A DNA stretch of 64,000 nt from Mycobacteriales bacterium (GTDB lineage Bacteria > Actinomycetota > Actinomycetes > Mycobacteriales > QHCD01), in NCBI GenBank assembly GCA_036497565.1, contig DASXJE010000018.1, forward strand, positions 5,313 through 69,312. The letters are read 5' to 3'. Positions 22,505-32,767 of this stretch are shown one piece after another; positions within the stretch are counted from its first letter, which is position 1, and every line of letters starts with the position of its first letter. The position numbers and the translations under genes are program-made. A model generated the notes under the pieces. The model did no database searches. It saw only the letters and a program-made list of their open reading frames with translations, and was not told the DNA's origin.

Positions 22505-23209
22505 TCAGACGTGCAGCCCGCACTCCACCTTGTCGCGGCCGGCCCAACGACCGGCCCGGGCGTCTTCGCCGGGCTTGACGGCGCGGGTGCACGGTGCGCA
22601 GCCGACCGAGGTGTAGCCGGCGTCGATCAGCGGATTGATCAGCACGCCGTGCTCTGTGGCGTAGGCGTCGACGTCGTCCTGTGTCCAAGTCGCGAGCGGG
22701 TTGATCTTCACCATGCTGCGCTTCGCGTCCCACGCCACGACCGGAGTGTCAGCGCGGCTCGGCGACTCGTCGCGTCGTACGCCGGAACCCCAGGCGTGGT
22801 AGGAGGACAGCGCGGCCTCCAACGGCCGCACCTTGCGCATCGCGCAGCACTGGTCGGGGTTGCGCTCATACAGCCGTGGGCCGTATTCGGCGTCCTGCTC
22901 GGCGACGGTCTGGGACGGCTTCACCGACAGGACGGTCACCGGCATCGTCGACGCCACGGCGTCGCGGGTGCCGATCGTCTCGGCGAAGTGGTAGCCGGTG
23001 TCGAGGAAGACGACGTGGATCCCGGGGCGGGCGCGCGACGCGAGGTGGGAGAGCACGGCATCGGCCATCGAGGAGGTGATGCACAGACGGTCGCCGAATT
23101 CGTCGGAGGCCCAGCGCAGCACGTCGAGGGGATGTGCGTCTTCCAACTCCGGCCCCGCCGCCTCTACCAGCGACACGAGCCGTGCGTGCTCATAGTCGGG
23201 AGCACTCAC
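22505..23209 (-). CDS. cysH: Adenylyl-sulfate (APS)/PAPS reductase, Fe-S type
   Basis: FLDTGYHFAET, CCAMRKV, SVGCAPCT and KVECGLH. The CC...CxxC pattern indicates the 4Fe-4S APS reductase type. Confidence 0.93.
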   Translation of the reverse strand: MSAPDYEHARLVSLVEAAGPELEDAHPLDVLRWASDEFGDRLCITSSMADAVLSHLASRARPGIHVVFLDTGYHFAETIGTRDAVASTMPVTVLSVKPSQTVAEQDAEYGPRLYERNPDQCCAMRKVRPLEAALSSYHAWGSGVRRDESPSRADTPVVAWDAKRSMVKINPLATWTQDDVDAYATEHGVLINPLIDAGYTSVGCAPCTRAVKPGEDARAGRWAGRDKVECGLHV

Positions 23210-23382
23210 GATGCCTCCTTAGTCGTCAAACCCAGGAACCGTAGCCGCCAGGCCCGACGGCATGCCGCGCACCGCCAGACTCCGGCCTCATCGCCACTCT
23301 CTTCGTCGCGACTGGGTCGGATGTCTTCCTCTCCGCAGTATGGACAGTAAAACGGCGGAGCGTGGGAAACCCGGCTCGTCAC
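23206..23382 (-). CDS. Small CxxC...CxxC (zinc-ribbon-like) protein
   Basis: PFYCPYCGEE...WRCAAC. GTGA overlaps with both sir and cysH. Confidence 0.75.
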   Translation of the reverse strand: MTSRVSHAPPFYCPYCGEEDIRPSRDEESGDEAGVWRCAACRRAWRLRFLGLTTKEAS

Positions 23383-25022
23383 GCCAGCCACTCCTCATCC
23401 GCGCGGGCGACGTAATCGGCGAACGATTCGTCACCTTTGCAGCGTTCTTGATAGCCCCTCAGCACTCGCTCGACGTAATCCGCGGTATCGCTGGCGGCGA
23501 CCCGCAGTCCCCGGAACTTCCGACCGAGTGTCGGATCCGCCCCGAGTTGTCCGCCCAGGTGTATCTGGAAACCATCGACGTCCTCGCCGTTATTCCCTCG
23601 CATCACCATTCCCTTGAGGCCGATGTCGGCGACCTGGAAACGGGCGCAGGAGTTCGGGCAGCCGTTGACGTTGATGGTCACCGGCGTGTCGAAGTCCGGC
23701 ATCCGGCGTTCGAGCTCGTCGACCAGCCAGCTGGCGCGGCCCTTCGTCTCCACGAGCGCCAGCTTGCAGAACTCGATGCCCGTGCAGGCGATCGTGCCGC
23801 GCCGGAACGCACTCGGCCGGACGGCGAGCCCCTCACCCTCCAGAGCGGTGACGAGTGCCTCGACCTGCTCCTCGGCTACGTCGAGAACCACCAGCTGCTG
23901 CTGCGCGGTGGTGTTCACCCGGCCGCCGCCGTACTCGTGTGCGAGGTCGGCGATACGGGAGAGCTGCGTGCCGTTGGTGCGGCCGGACCGCAGCGCGAAA
24001 CCCACGGAGAAGCGCCCGTCGGACTGACGCTGCACGCCGAGGTGGTCGCGCGGGCCGGTCGGAGCCGCGGGTGGTGGGCCGTCCTGGAGCGGGGAGTCGA
24101 GGTAGTCCGACTCGAGGATCTCGCGGAACTTCTCCGGGCCCCAGTCGGCCATGAGGAACTTCAGCCGGGCCCGGTTGCGCGACTTGCGGTAGCCGTAGTC
24201 GCGGAAGACGGCGGTCACGCCTCGCCAGGTCTCCACCAGCCGCTCGACCGGCACGAACGCTCCCAGCCGGACACCGAACCGCGGATTGGTCGACAGCCCG
24301 CCACCGACCCACAGGTCGTAGCCGGCAACGCCGTCCGGACCGGTCACGCCGACGAAGGCGACGTCGTTGATCTCGTGGTTGGTGCAGTGCCGGCCGCAAC
24401 CGGAGACCGAGGTCTTGTACTTGCGCGGCAGGTTGGAGTATTCGGGGTCGCCGACGACCAGGTCGGCCAGCTCGGCGAGCTGCCCGGAAGGGTCGAGGAG
24501 CTCGTCCTCGGCCACCCCGGCGAGCGGACAGCCGAGCATCACCCGGGGCGTGTCACCGCACGCCTCGGTGGTGGACAGCCCGACCGCCTCGAGCCGCCGC
24601 CAGATCTCGGGCACGTCCTCGATCCGGATCCAGTGCAGCTGCACGTTCTGCCGGTCTGTGACGTCGGCCACGTCGCGGCCGTACTCCTTGGCGATTCCGG
24701 CCACGGTGGACAGCTGCCGGGACGAGAGCCGGCCCCCGTCGATGCGGATCCGCAGCATGAAGAATTCGTCTTCGAGCTCGTGCGGCTCGAGTACGGCGGT
24801 CCGGCGACCGGGGATCCCGGCGGCCCGCTGGGTGTAGAGGCCGTACCAGCGGAATCGCTGGCTGAGGTCGGCGGGATCGATGCTGCCGAAGCCGTTCTTC
24901 GAGTAGACGTCGATGATCCGCTGCCTCACGGCGAGGCCGTCGTCGTCCCGCTTCACTCGTTCGCTGGCGTTGAGCGGCTCGCGGTGGCCCAGCGCCCACT
25001 GGCCCTGTGCTGTCGTTGGCAT
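23379..25022 (-). CDS. sir: Ferredoxin-dependent sulfite/nitrite reductase (SirA/NirA)
   Basis: FRWYGLYTQ, TDRQNVQLHW, LPRKYK, and siroheme/Fe-S ligands CTGIEFC...GCPNSC. Confidence 0.93.
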   Translation of the reverse strand: MPTTAQGQWALGHREPLNASERVKRDDDGLAVRQRIIDVYSKNGFGSIDPADLSQRFRWYGLYTQRAAGIPGRRTAVLEPHELEDEFFMLRIRIDGGRLSSRQLSTVAGIAKEYGRDVADVTDRQNVQLHWIRIEDVPEIWRRLEAVGLSTTEACGDTPRVMLGCPLAGVAEDELLDPSGQLAELADLVVGDPEYSNLPRKYKTSVSGCGRHCTNHEINDVAFVGVTGPDGVAGYDLWVGGGLSTNPRFGVRLGAFVPVERLVETWRGVTAVFRDYGYRKSRNRARLKFLMADWGPEKFREILESDYLDSPLQDGPPPAAPTGPRDHLGVQRQSDGRFSVGFALRSGRTNGTQLSRIADLAHEYGGGRVNTTAQQQLVVLDVAEEQVEALVTALEGEGLAVRPSAFRRGTIACTGIEFCKLALVETKGRASWLVDELERRMPDFDTPVTINVNGCPNSCARFQVADIGLKGMVMRGNNGEDVDGFQIHLGGQLGADPTLGRKFRGLRVAASDTADYVERVLRGYQERCKGDESFADYVARADEEWLA

Positions 25023-25093
25023 CGGTTACCTCGCGGTTGTGACGCTCCTGCGCGGCGCTGCGTCAGTACGCCTGCTGGTCAGGGTCTGCGGTG

Positions 25094-25180
25094 TCAGATG
25101 GACACCGGACAGGCGGCGCTGATCGCGTGCTGCAGATCGACATGCAGCCTCGCGACGAGAGGTACACCGCGGTCCGTCAC
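25094..25180 (-). CDS. Putative leader peptide of the sir operon: MTDRGVPLVARLHVDLQHAISAACPVSI
   Basis: Translated by hand. GTG start lies 7 nt after TGTGCGATCCT; contains the HVDL...SA.C motif; paralog at 25264-25344. Confidence 0.8.
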   Translation of the reverse strand: MTDRGVPLVARLHVDLQHAISAACPVSI

Positions 25181-25187
25181 GCCGACT

Positions 25188-25256
25188 AGGATCGCACATG
25201 ATCACTCGGTTCGCACACCCTGTCTGTCGACCGATGTTGCCGACCTGTGCGATCCT
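25188..25256. promoter_or_regulatory. Back-to-back divergent promoters sharing TGTGCGATCCT (extended -10-like)
   Basis: AGGATCGCACA at 25188-25198 and TGTGCGATCCT at 25246-25256, each exactly 7 nt from a leader start codon. Confidence 0.7.
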
Positions 25257-25263
25257 GTGCTGC

Positions 25264-25344
25264 ATGTCTGCGACCGCGGTGCTCGTCGCTCGCCTGCATG
25301 TCGATCTGCAGCGGGTCGCCAGCGCGGTCTGTCCGTCCGACTGA
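25264..25344 (+). CDS. Putative leader peptide of the cysG operon: MSATAVLVARLHVDLQRVASAVCPSD
   Basis: Translated by hand. ATG lies 7 nt after TGTGCGATCCT; shares LVARLHVDLQ and SAxCP with the minus-strand leader. Confidence 0.8.
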   Translation: MSATAVLVARLHVDLQRVASAVCPSD

Positions 25345-25462
25345 ATCGGGTCGGCGCCTCTCCCGTCGCACCATCTCGCCTCGTCTGCAGGCGCCGGACC
25401 CGGGTACGTCGCCCCTCACGACTCGACGCCACGAGGACCGACCAGCAGACCAGGAGAGCCTC

Positions 25463-25525
25463 ATGACCATCATCCCGACGCCGGCGGAGACCGTCGCAGG
25501 CGGCCCGATCGGCGGTGCCCGGTGA
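25463..25525 (+). CDS. 20-aa mini-ORF MTIIPTPAETVAGGPIGGAR coupled to cysG
   Basis: AGGAG RBS at 25452-25456. Its TGA overlaps the cysG GTG (GTGA). Confidence 0.5.
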   Translation: MTIIPTPAETVAGGPIGGAR

Positions 25526-26718
25526 GCGTGGGCTACCCGGTCGTCCTCGACCTGACCGGCCGCCGGGTCGTCGTCGTCGGGGCCGGGCCGGTCGCCGAGC
25601 GGCGGGTCGCCGGGCTGCGCGACGCGGGCGCCGACGTACACGTCGTGGCACCCGTCGTCACGGGTCACTTCGACGCCGACGTCACCGTGCACCGGCGCTC
25701 CTACGTCGACGGTGACCTCGACGGGGCGTGGATGGCGCACGCCTGCACCGACGATCCCGCCGTCAACGCCGAGGTCGCCGCCGCGGCCGAGCAGCGGCAG
25801 ATTCCCTGCGTGCGGGCCGACGCCGCGCCGGACGGGACCGCCCGCACACCGGCCGTCGCCCGCTCCGGCGAGGTGGTCGTCGCCGTGTCCTCCGACGACC
25901 CGGTCCGCTCCGTCCGTATCCGCAACCGGATCTCGACCCTGCTCGACCGCTCCGAGCTGCCCGTCCGCCGGTCCCGTCGGGAGGGTGCCGGCCGGGTCAC
26001 GCTCGTCGGGGGAGGACCCGGCGACCCCGGTCTGATCACGGTCGAGGGGCGCGCGCTGGTGGCCGACGCCGACGTGCTGGTCGTCGACCGGCTGGCGCCC
26101 CGCGGCCTGCTCGACACGGTCGACGACGACGTCGAGGTGATCGACGTAGGCAAGGCGCCCTACCGACACGGGGCGACCCAGCAGGAGATCAACGAGCTGC
26201 TGGTCGACCGGGCCGGGCGCGGTCTGCACGTGGTGCGGCTCAAGGGCGGCGACCCGTTCGTGCTCGGCCGGGGCGGCGAGGAGGTCGCCGCGTGCACCGA
26301 GGCGGGCGTGCCGGTGCACGTCGTCCCCGGGGTCACGTCGGCTCTCGCCGGTCCGGCGATGGCCGGTATCCCGCTGACCCACCGCGGGATCGCCGCCGAC
26401 TTCGCCGTCGTGTCGGCGCATCTGGATCCCACCCACACCGGATCGACGGTCGACTGGGCGGCGCTGGCGTCCGGCCCGGCGACCCTGGTGCTGCTGATGG
26501 CGATGGAGCGGCTCGAGTCGGTGTGCCAGACCCTGATCGGGCACGGCCGGTCGGCCGACACCCCGGCCGCGGTGGTCCAAGAGGCGACGACGCCCGCCCA
26601 GCGCACGCTCACGTCGACGCTCGGCTCGCTGGCCGCCGACGTACGCCAGGCCGGAATGGGGTCGCCGGCCGTGGTGGTCGTCGGTGAGGTGGTCCGGCTG
26701 GCCCGGACGGTCGGATGA
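25522..26718 (+). CDS. cysG: Siroheme synthase-like fusion (precorrin-2 dehydrogenase + uroporphyrinogen-III C-methyltransferase)
   Basis: N-terminal VVVGAGPVAERR; C-terminal GGGPGDPGLIT, RLKGGDPFVLGRGGEE and VPGVTSA motifs. Confidence 0.9.
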   Translation: MSVGYPVVLDLTGRRVVVVGAGPVAERRVAGLRDAGADVHVVAPVVTGHFDADVTVHRRSYVDGDLDGAWMAHACTDDPAVNAEVAAAAEQRQIPCVRADAAPDGTARTPAVARSGEVVVAVSSDDPVRSVRIRNRISTLLDRSELPVRRSRREGAGRVTLVGGGPGDPGLITVEGRALVADADVLVVDRLAPRGLLDTVDDDVEVIDVGKAPYRHGATQQEINELLVDRAGRGLHVVRLKGGDPFVLGRGGEEVAACTEAGVPVHVVPGVTSALAGPAMAGIPLTHRGIAADFAVVSAHLDPTHTGSTVDWAALASGPATLVLLMAMERLESVCQTLIGHGRSADTPAAVVQEATTPAQRTLTSTLGSLAADVRQAGMGSPAVVVVGEVVRLARTVG

Positions 26719-27521
26719 CCGATCCGGTGCTGCTCGCGGTCGCCCACGGATCTCGGGACGAGCGGGCGGCACCGGCGCTGGACCGGCTGATCGAACGGGT
26801 CCGCGCGGGCGCGCCGGAGGTCGACGTACGGCTGTCCTACGTCGACCACACGTCGCCGTCGGTCACCCGCGCCCTGGAGGACCTGTCGACGCGGCCGACG
26901 GTGGTGGTCCCGTTGCTGCTCACCGCGGCGTCCCACACGAAGGGCGACGTGGCCGCGGCGGTGCGGGCCGCCCGGCGGCCGGACCGGCACCTGCACCAGG
27001 CCCGGCCGCTGGCGCCCCATCCCGGCCTGCTCGCCGCCCTGGACCGGCGCCTCGACGAGGCCGGCGTGGACCGGCGTACGGCGGTGGTGCTGGCGGCGGT
27101 GGGCTCGGCCGATCCGGACGCCAACGCCGACGTCGTCGCCGACGCCCGTCGGCTGTGGGAGTGGCGCCGCGCTTCGGCCCCGGTCGAGGCGGGGTTTGCC
27201 TCGGCGACCACGCCGACGGTCGCCGAGGCCGTCGACCGGCTCCGGCGGCTCGGCTACGACGAGGTCGCCGTCGCGGCGTACGCCCTCGCCCCCGGGAGAC
27301 TGCTCGACAAGGCCACCGCCGGCCTCGACGTGGCCACGGTCACCGAGGAGCTCGCCGACACCCCGGAGGCCGCGGAAGTGGTACTCGAGCGCTACCGGGA
27401 GGCCATCGCGGGCGACATCCGGATGGGCTGCGACACCTGCCTCTACCGGGTCGGGTGGCCGGGCCGCGAGGACCGCCAAGGCGCCCCCCAGCGGGTCCAC
27501 CCGCACCCAGACGACGCCTGA
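26715..27521 (+). CDS. sirB: Sirohydrochlorin chelatase (CbiX/SirB family)
   Basis: VAHGSRD, VPLLLTAASH and VGSADPDAN motifs. ATGA overlap with cysG. Confidence 0.85.
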   Translation: MTDPVLLAVAHGSRDERAAPALDRLIERVRAGAPEVDVRLSYVDHTSPSVTRALEDLSTRPTVVVPLLLTAASHTKGDVAAAVRAARRPDRHLHQARPLAPHPGLLAALDRRLDEAGVDRRTAVVLAAVGSADPDANADVVADARRLWEWRRASAPVEAGFASATTPTVAEAVDRLRRLGYDEVAVAAYALAPGRLLDKATAGLDVATVTEELADTPEAAEVVLERYREAIAGDIRMGCDTCLYRVGWPGREDRQGAPQRVHPHPDDA

Positions 27522-27545
27522 CCTCGCCGCTCCCAGCGCGCCCCC

Positions 27546-27866
27546 CATTCCGCTTGAACGGCACGTTCAAGCGCTCTATCCGCCTCAACGTGACGTTGAC
27601 GCGGAATGGAGGGCGTGCGTCGGCGTACGCGGCAGGTTGGGCCGACATCGTGCGTGCTACTCGCCGATCTGCCCCGGGGATGCGAGTACGGCGCACGATG
27701 TCGACGGGCTGACGGAGCCGCGGCCCAGCATTCGGCTTGAACGTGACGTTCAAGCCCCCTAGCGGCATCAACGTCACGTTGATGCTGAACGTTTGGGCAC
27801 CCCCATTCCGCTTGAACGGCACGTTCAAGCGCTCTATCCGCCTCAACGTGACGTTGACGCGGAATC
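27546..27866. repeat. Mosaic repeat cluster: family A (27546-27608), family B (27643-27703), family A (27729-27790), family A (27804-27866)
   Basis: 27546-27607 and 27804-27865 are identical over 62 bp. The others match copies at 870-1005 and 55399-55645. Confidence 0.9.
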
Positions 27867-27936
27867 AAGCGCCGCCTGGGGCGCCGCCGAACGCTGGGGA
27901 CGACGGTTGCGCGGGTGGTTCGGGGAGCGCTAATCT

Positions 27937-27952
27937 TCGAACACATGTTCGA
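27937..27952 (+). promoter_or_regulatory. LexA (SOS) box
   Basis: TCGAAC-ACAT-GTTCGA is a perfect actinobacterial consensus, immediately after the -10-like TAATCT (27931-27936). Confidence 0.85.
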
Positions 27953-27980
27953 ACACCGCGTCCCCGGGGAGGGTGCCGAG

Positions 27981-28403
27981 ATGAGTCCGACCCGCCTGCG
28001 ACCGCCGCCGTCACGGTCGTCGGTCACCATGCTGGATCTTGCGCAGACCTGCCTCGTTGAGGCAGCGGCCGCACAGCGCCCGGCCGAGCGCTATGTCGCC
28101 GCCCACCTCGCCGCCCTGCGGGGAGCCGCGGCGGTGCTCGCCTCGCGCGCCCATGCCGGTGCCGGCCGCCCGCGGCGACCGGTGAGTGCGTGGGCGCTGC
28201 TCGGCGCGCTTGCCCCGGAGCTGACGGAATGGGCCGCCTTCTTCGCCGCCGGGGCGGCGACGCGTCAGGCGGCCGAGGCGGGTGCGACCGGGGTAGTCAC
28301 GCAACGGGACGCCGACGATCTGCTGCGTGACGCCGAGACGTTCCTGGCGGTCGTCGCCGCGACCATCGAGCCCGCGCCGTGGCGCGGCATACCGGTGGGG
28401 TGA
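27981..28403 (+). CDS. SAV_6107-like HEPN-domain protein
   Basis: RYVAAHLAALRGAAAVLA, WALLGALAPELTEWAAFFA and RDADDLLRDAETFL motifs. GGAGG RBS. Confidence 0.75.
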   Translation: MSPTRLRPPPSRSSVTMLDLAQTCLVEAAAAQRPAERYVAAHLAALRGAAAVLASRAHAGAGRPRRPVSAWALLGALAPELTEWAAFFAAGAATRQAAEAGATGVVTQRDADDLLRDAETFLAVVAATIEPAPWRGIPVG

Positions 28404-30626
<2,223 letters not shown>

Positions 30627-30814
30627 GCGTGGTCGTGCGGTAACTCCGGGCACGGCCGAAAGGTAGATCTGCGCGCCCAGGTATCGTCGGGGACGAGTCG
30701 GGTATAGGTCACAGACGGCATCGTCGTAGCCACGGCTCAGCGTGCGAGACATGGTTCTCGTGGGCGGGGGCCCCGTCACCTTCGGGGTCGACGATCAGAG
30801 CAGGGAGTAGCTGT

Positions 30815-32071
30815 ATGAGACGAGCGTTCCGGACGAAACGACGCGCGTTGGTGACCGGTGCGGCAGTAGCCGCGGCCGCCGCCCTCGCTCTCGCCGGATG
30901 CTCCAGCGGCTCGTCCGGCAACAAAGCTTCCGGTTCCCAGAAGAGCTCCGGGAACCAGTCGCAGAACAAGCCGGCCGACCACAAGGCCTCCGCGTCTCCG
31001 ACGCCCTCCCCGAAGCCGGCCGCGGACGTGAGCATCAGCCCGCAGAACGCCCCGATGAACCCGACCGACCCCATCGTGGTGAAGGTCGACAAGGGCACGC
31101 TCAAGTCCGTCGTGGTCACCAGCCCCCAGGGCAAGCAGGTCAGCGGCGCCTACGGCGCGGACAAGACCACGTGGTCGACCAACGAGCCGCTCGGTTACGC
31201 CAAGGCCTATGCGGTCAGCGCCGACGCCGTCGCGAAGACCGGCGGCGCCGTGCACCGGACCGGGACGGTGCACACCCTCTCGCCGCAGGCGCAGGCCTAT
31301 CCGTCGTTCATCCCGCCGCCGAGTGAGACCGACGTCGGGGTCGGCCAGCCGATCGTCGTCCGGTTCGACCACCCCATCGCCGACAAGGCAGCGACCCAGA
31401 AGCGGCTCCAGGTCACGTCCACACCGGCGCAAGCCGGGGCGTGGTACTGGATCTCCAACACCGAGGTCCACTATCGCCCGGAGAAGTACTGGCAGCCCGG
31501 GACGACGATCAAAATGCACGCCGCCATCTACGGCGTCGATCTCGGCGACGGCGTCTACGGCCAAACCGACCGCGATCTGACGCTGCGCGTGCACGACTCG
31601 TGGGTCGCGAAGGCCAACGGCGCGACCAAGCGGATGTGGGTCTTCCACAACGGCAAGCTCGTGCGGAACATGGCGATCAGCCTGGGCACCACGCACACGC
31701 CGACCCACACCGGTATCCACGTGATCTCCGAGAAGTCTCAGAAGGTGATCATGGACTCGGCGACGTACGGCGTGAAGAAGGGCCAGCCCGGCTACTACCG
31801 GGAATCGGTCTTCTGGGACGAGCGGATCTCCAACGACGGCGAGTTCGTGCACGCCGCGCCGTGGTCGACGGGCCAGCAGGGAGCCTCCAACGTCTCCCAC
31901 GGCTGCGTGAACCTCTCGGTGCCCAACGCCCAGTGGTTCTACGCGCACTTCGGACCCGGCGACGTGGTCGAGGTCTCCAACTCCGGCGGTCCGCAACTGC
32001 CGGTCTACGACACCTACGGCGACTGGTCGGTGCCGTGGTCGACCTGGTCGGCCGGCAACACCAACAGCTGA
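30815..32071 (+). CDS. L,D-transpeptidase lipoprotein
   Basis: Lipobox LALAGC, Ig-like domains, GEFVHAAPWS and SHGCVNL catalytic motif. Confidence 0.93.
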   Translation: MRRAFRTKRRALVTGAAVAAAAALALAGCSSGSSGNKASGSQKSSGNQSQNKPADHKASASPTPSPKPAADVSISPQNAPMNPTDPIVVKVDKGTLKSVVVTSPQGKQVSGAYGADKTTWSTNEPLGYAKAYAVSADAVAKTGGAVHRTGTVHTLSPQAQAYPSFIPPPSETDVGVGQPIVVRFDHPIADKAATQKRLQVTSTPAQAGAWYWISNTEVHYRPEKYWQPGTTIKMHAAIYGVDLGDGVYGQTDRDLTLRVHDSWVAKANGATKRMWVFHNGKLVRNMAISLGTTHTPTHTGIHVISEKSQKVIMDSATYGVKKGQPGYYRESVFWDERISNDGEFVHAAPWSTGQQGASNVSHGCVNLSVPNAQWFYAHFGPGDVVEVSNSGGPQLPVYDTYGDWSVPWSTWSAGNTNS

Positions 32072-32081
32072 CGCCGCACCG

Positions 32082-32765
32082 TCAGAGCGCGCAGCGCCCG
32101 TCGCTGATGGTCAGGCCGATGCCGGCGAGGTGGGCCAGCCGGGCCACCTCGCTGGGCCGGAACGCCGGCCCGCCCGGCCGGCCGACGACGAGCACGTGCC
32201 CGGACCCGTCGAACGGGACGGCCATCAGGTCGGTCTCCATCGCGACGAACGAGTCCGGCAACAGGTCGGTGTCCGGGTCGAGGATGCGGGCCCGGTCGAA
32301 GGACATCGGGCCGAAACCGTCGAGGACCTTGCCCGGGTCGGCCGGCGCCGGCTTGCTCACCACCTCGACCACGGCCTGATCGGCACCGGTACGCCGGACC
32401 ACCACGCACCAGCCGGCCCGGAAGATCCGCGGGACGCCGGCGACGAGTTGGGCGACCGCCCGCGACGGATCGTCGGTCATCGCCTCGATCAGCTCCAGCT
32501 CGCGCTGGGTGTCCAGCGCGCCGGCATAGACCCGGATCGACTCGACCCGTACGTCCGCGACGGCTCTGGCCGCACTCACCAGGGTGTCCGGCAACCGCCC
32601 GTCGGGAAGCTCGACGACGAGGTCGTCGACCGCGCCTCCCTGTGTCCGCTCGACGACGTCGAGGCTGATGATGTCGGCGTCGACCGACCCGAGCGCGCTC
32701 GCGACTGCGCCGAGCATCCCGGGCCGGTCGGGGATCACGACCCGCAGCAGGAACGTCGAGACCAC
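32082..32765 (-). CDS. ACT-domain (amino acid-binding) protein
   Basis: LRVVIPDRPGMLGAVASALG and GRPGGPAFRPSE motifs. Confidence 0.8.
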   Translation of the reverse strand: MVSTFLLRVVIPDRPGMLGAVASALGSVDADIISLDVVERTQGGAVDDLVVELPDGRLPDTLVSAARAVADVRVESIRVYAGALDTQRELELIEAMTDDPSRAVAQLVAGVPRIFRAGWCVVVRRTGADQAVVEVVSKPAPADPGKVLDGFGPMSFDRARILDPDTDLLPDSFVAMETDLMAVPFDGSGHVLVVGRPGGPAFRPSEVARLAHLAGIGLTISDGRCAL

Positions 32766-32767
32766 CG

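Noticed and set aside
27546-27866. CRISPR array or integron attC cassette array
   Set aside because: Units are of mixed families and orientations, lack the RYYYAAC...GTTRRRY ends, enclose no cassette ORFs, and no integrase is present.
30627-30814. Riboswitch or MtrA site upstream of the L,D-transpeptidase
   Set aside because: Only one GTCACAG (30708-30714) without a clear second repeat, and no riboswitch consensus that I can recognise. An Rfam scan would be needed.
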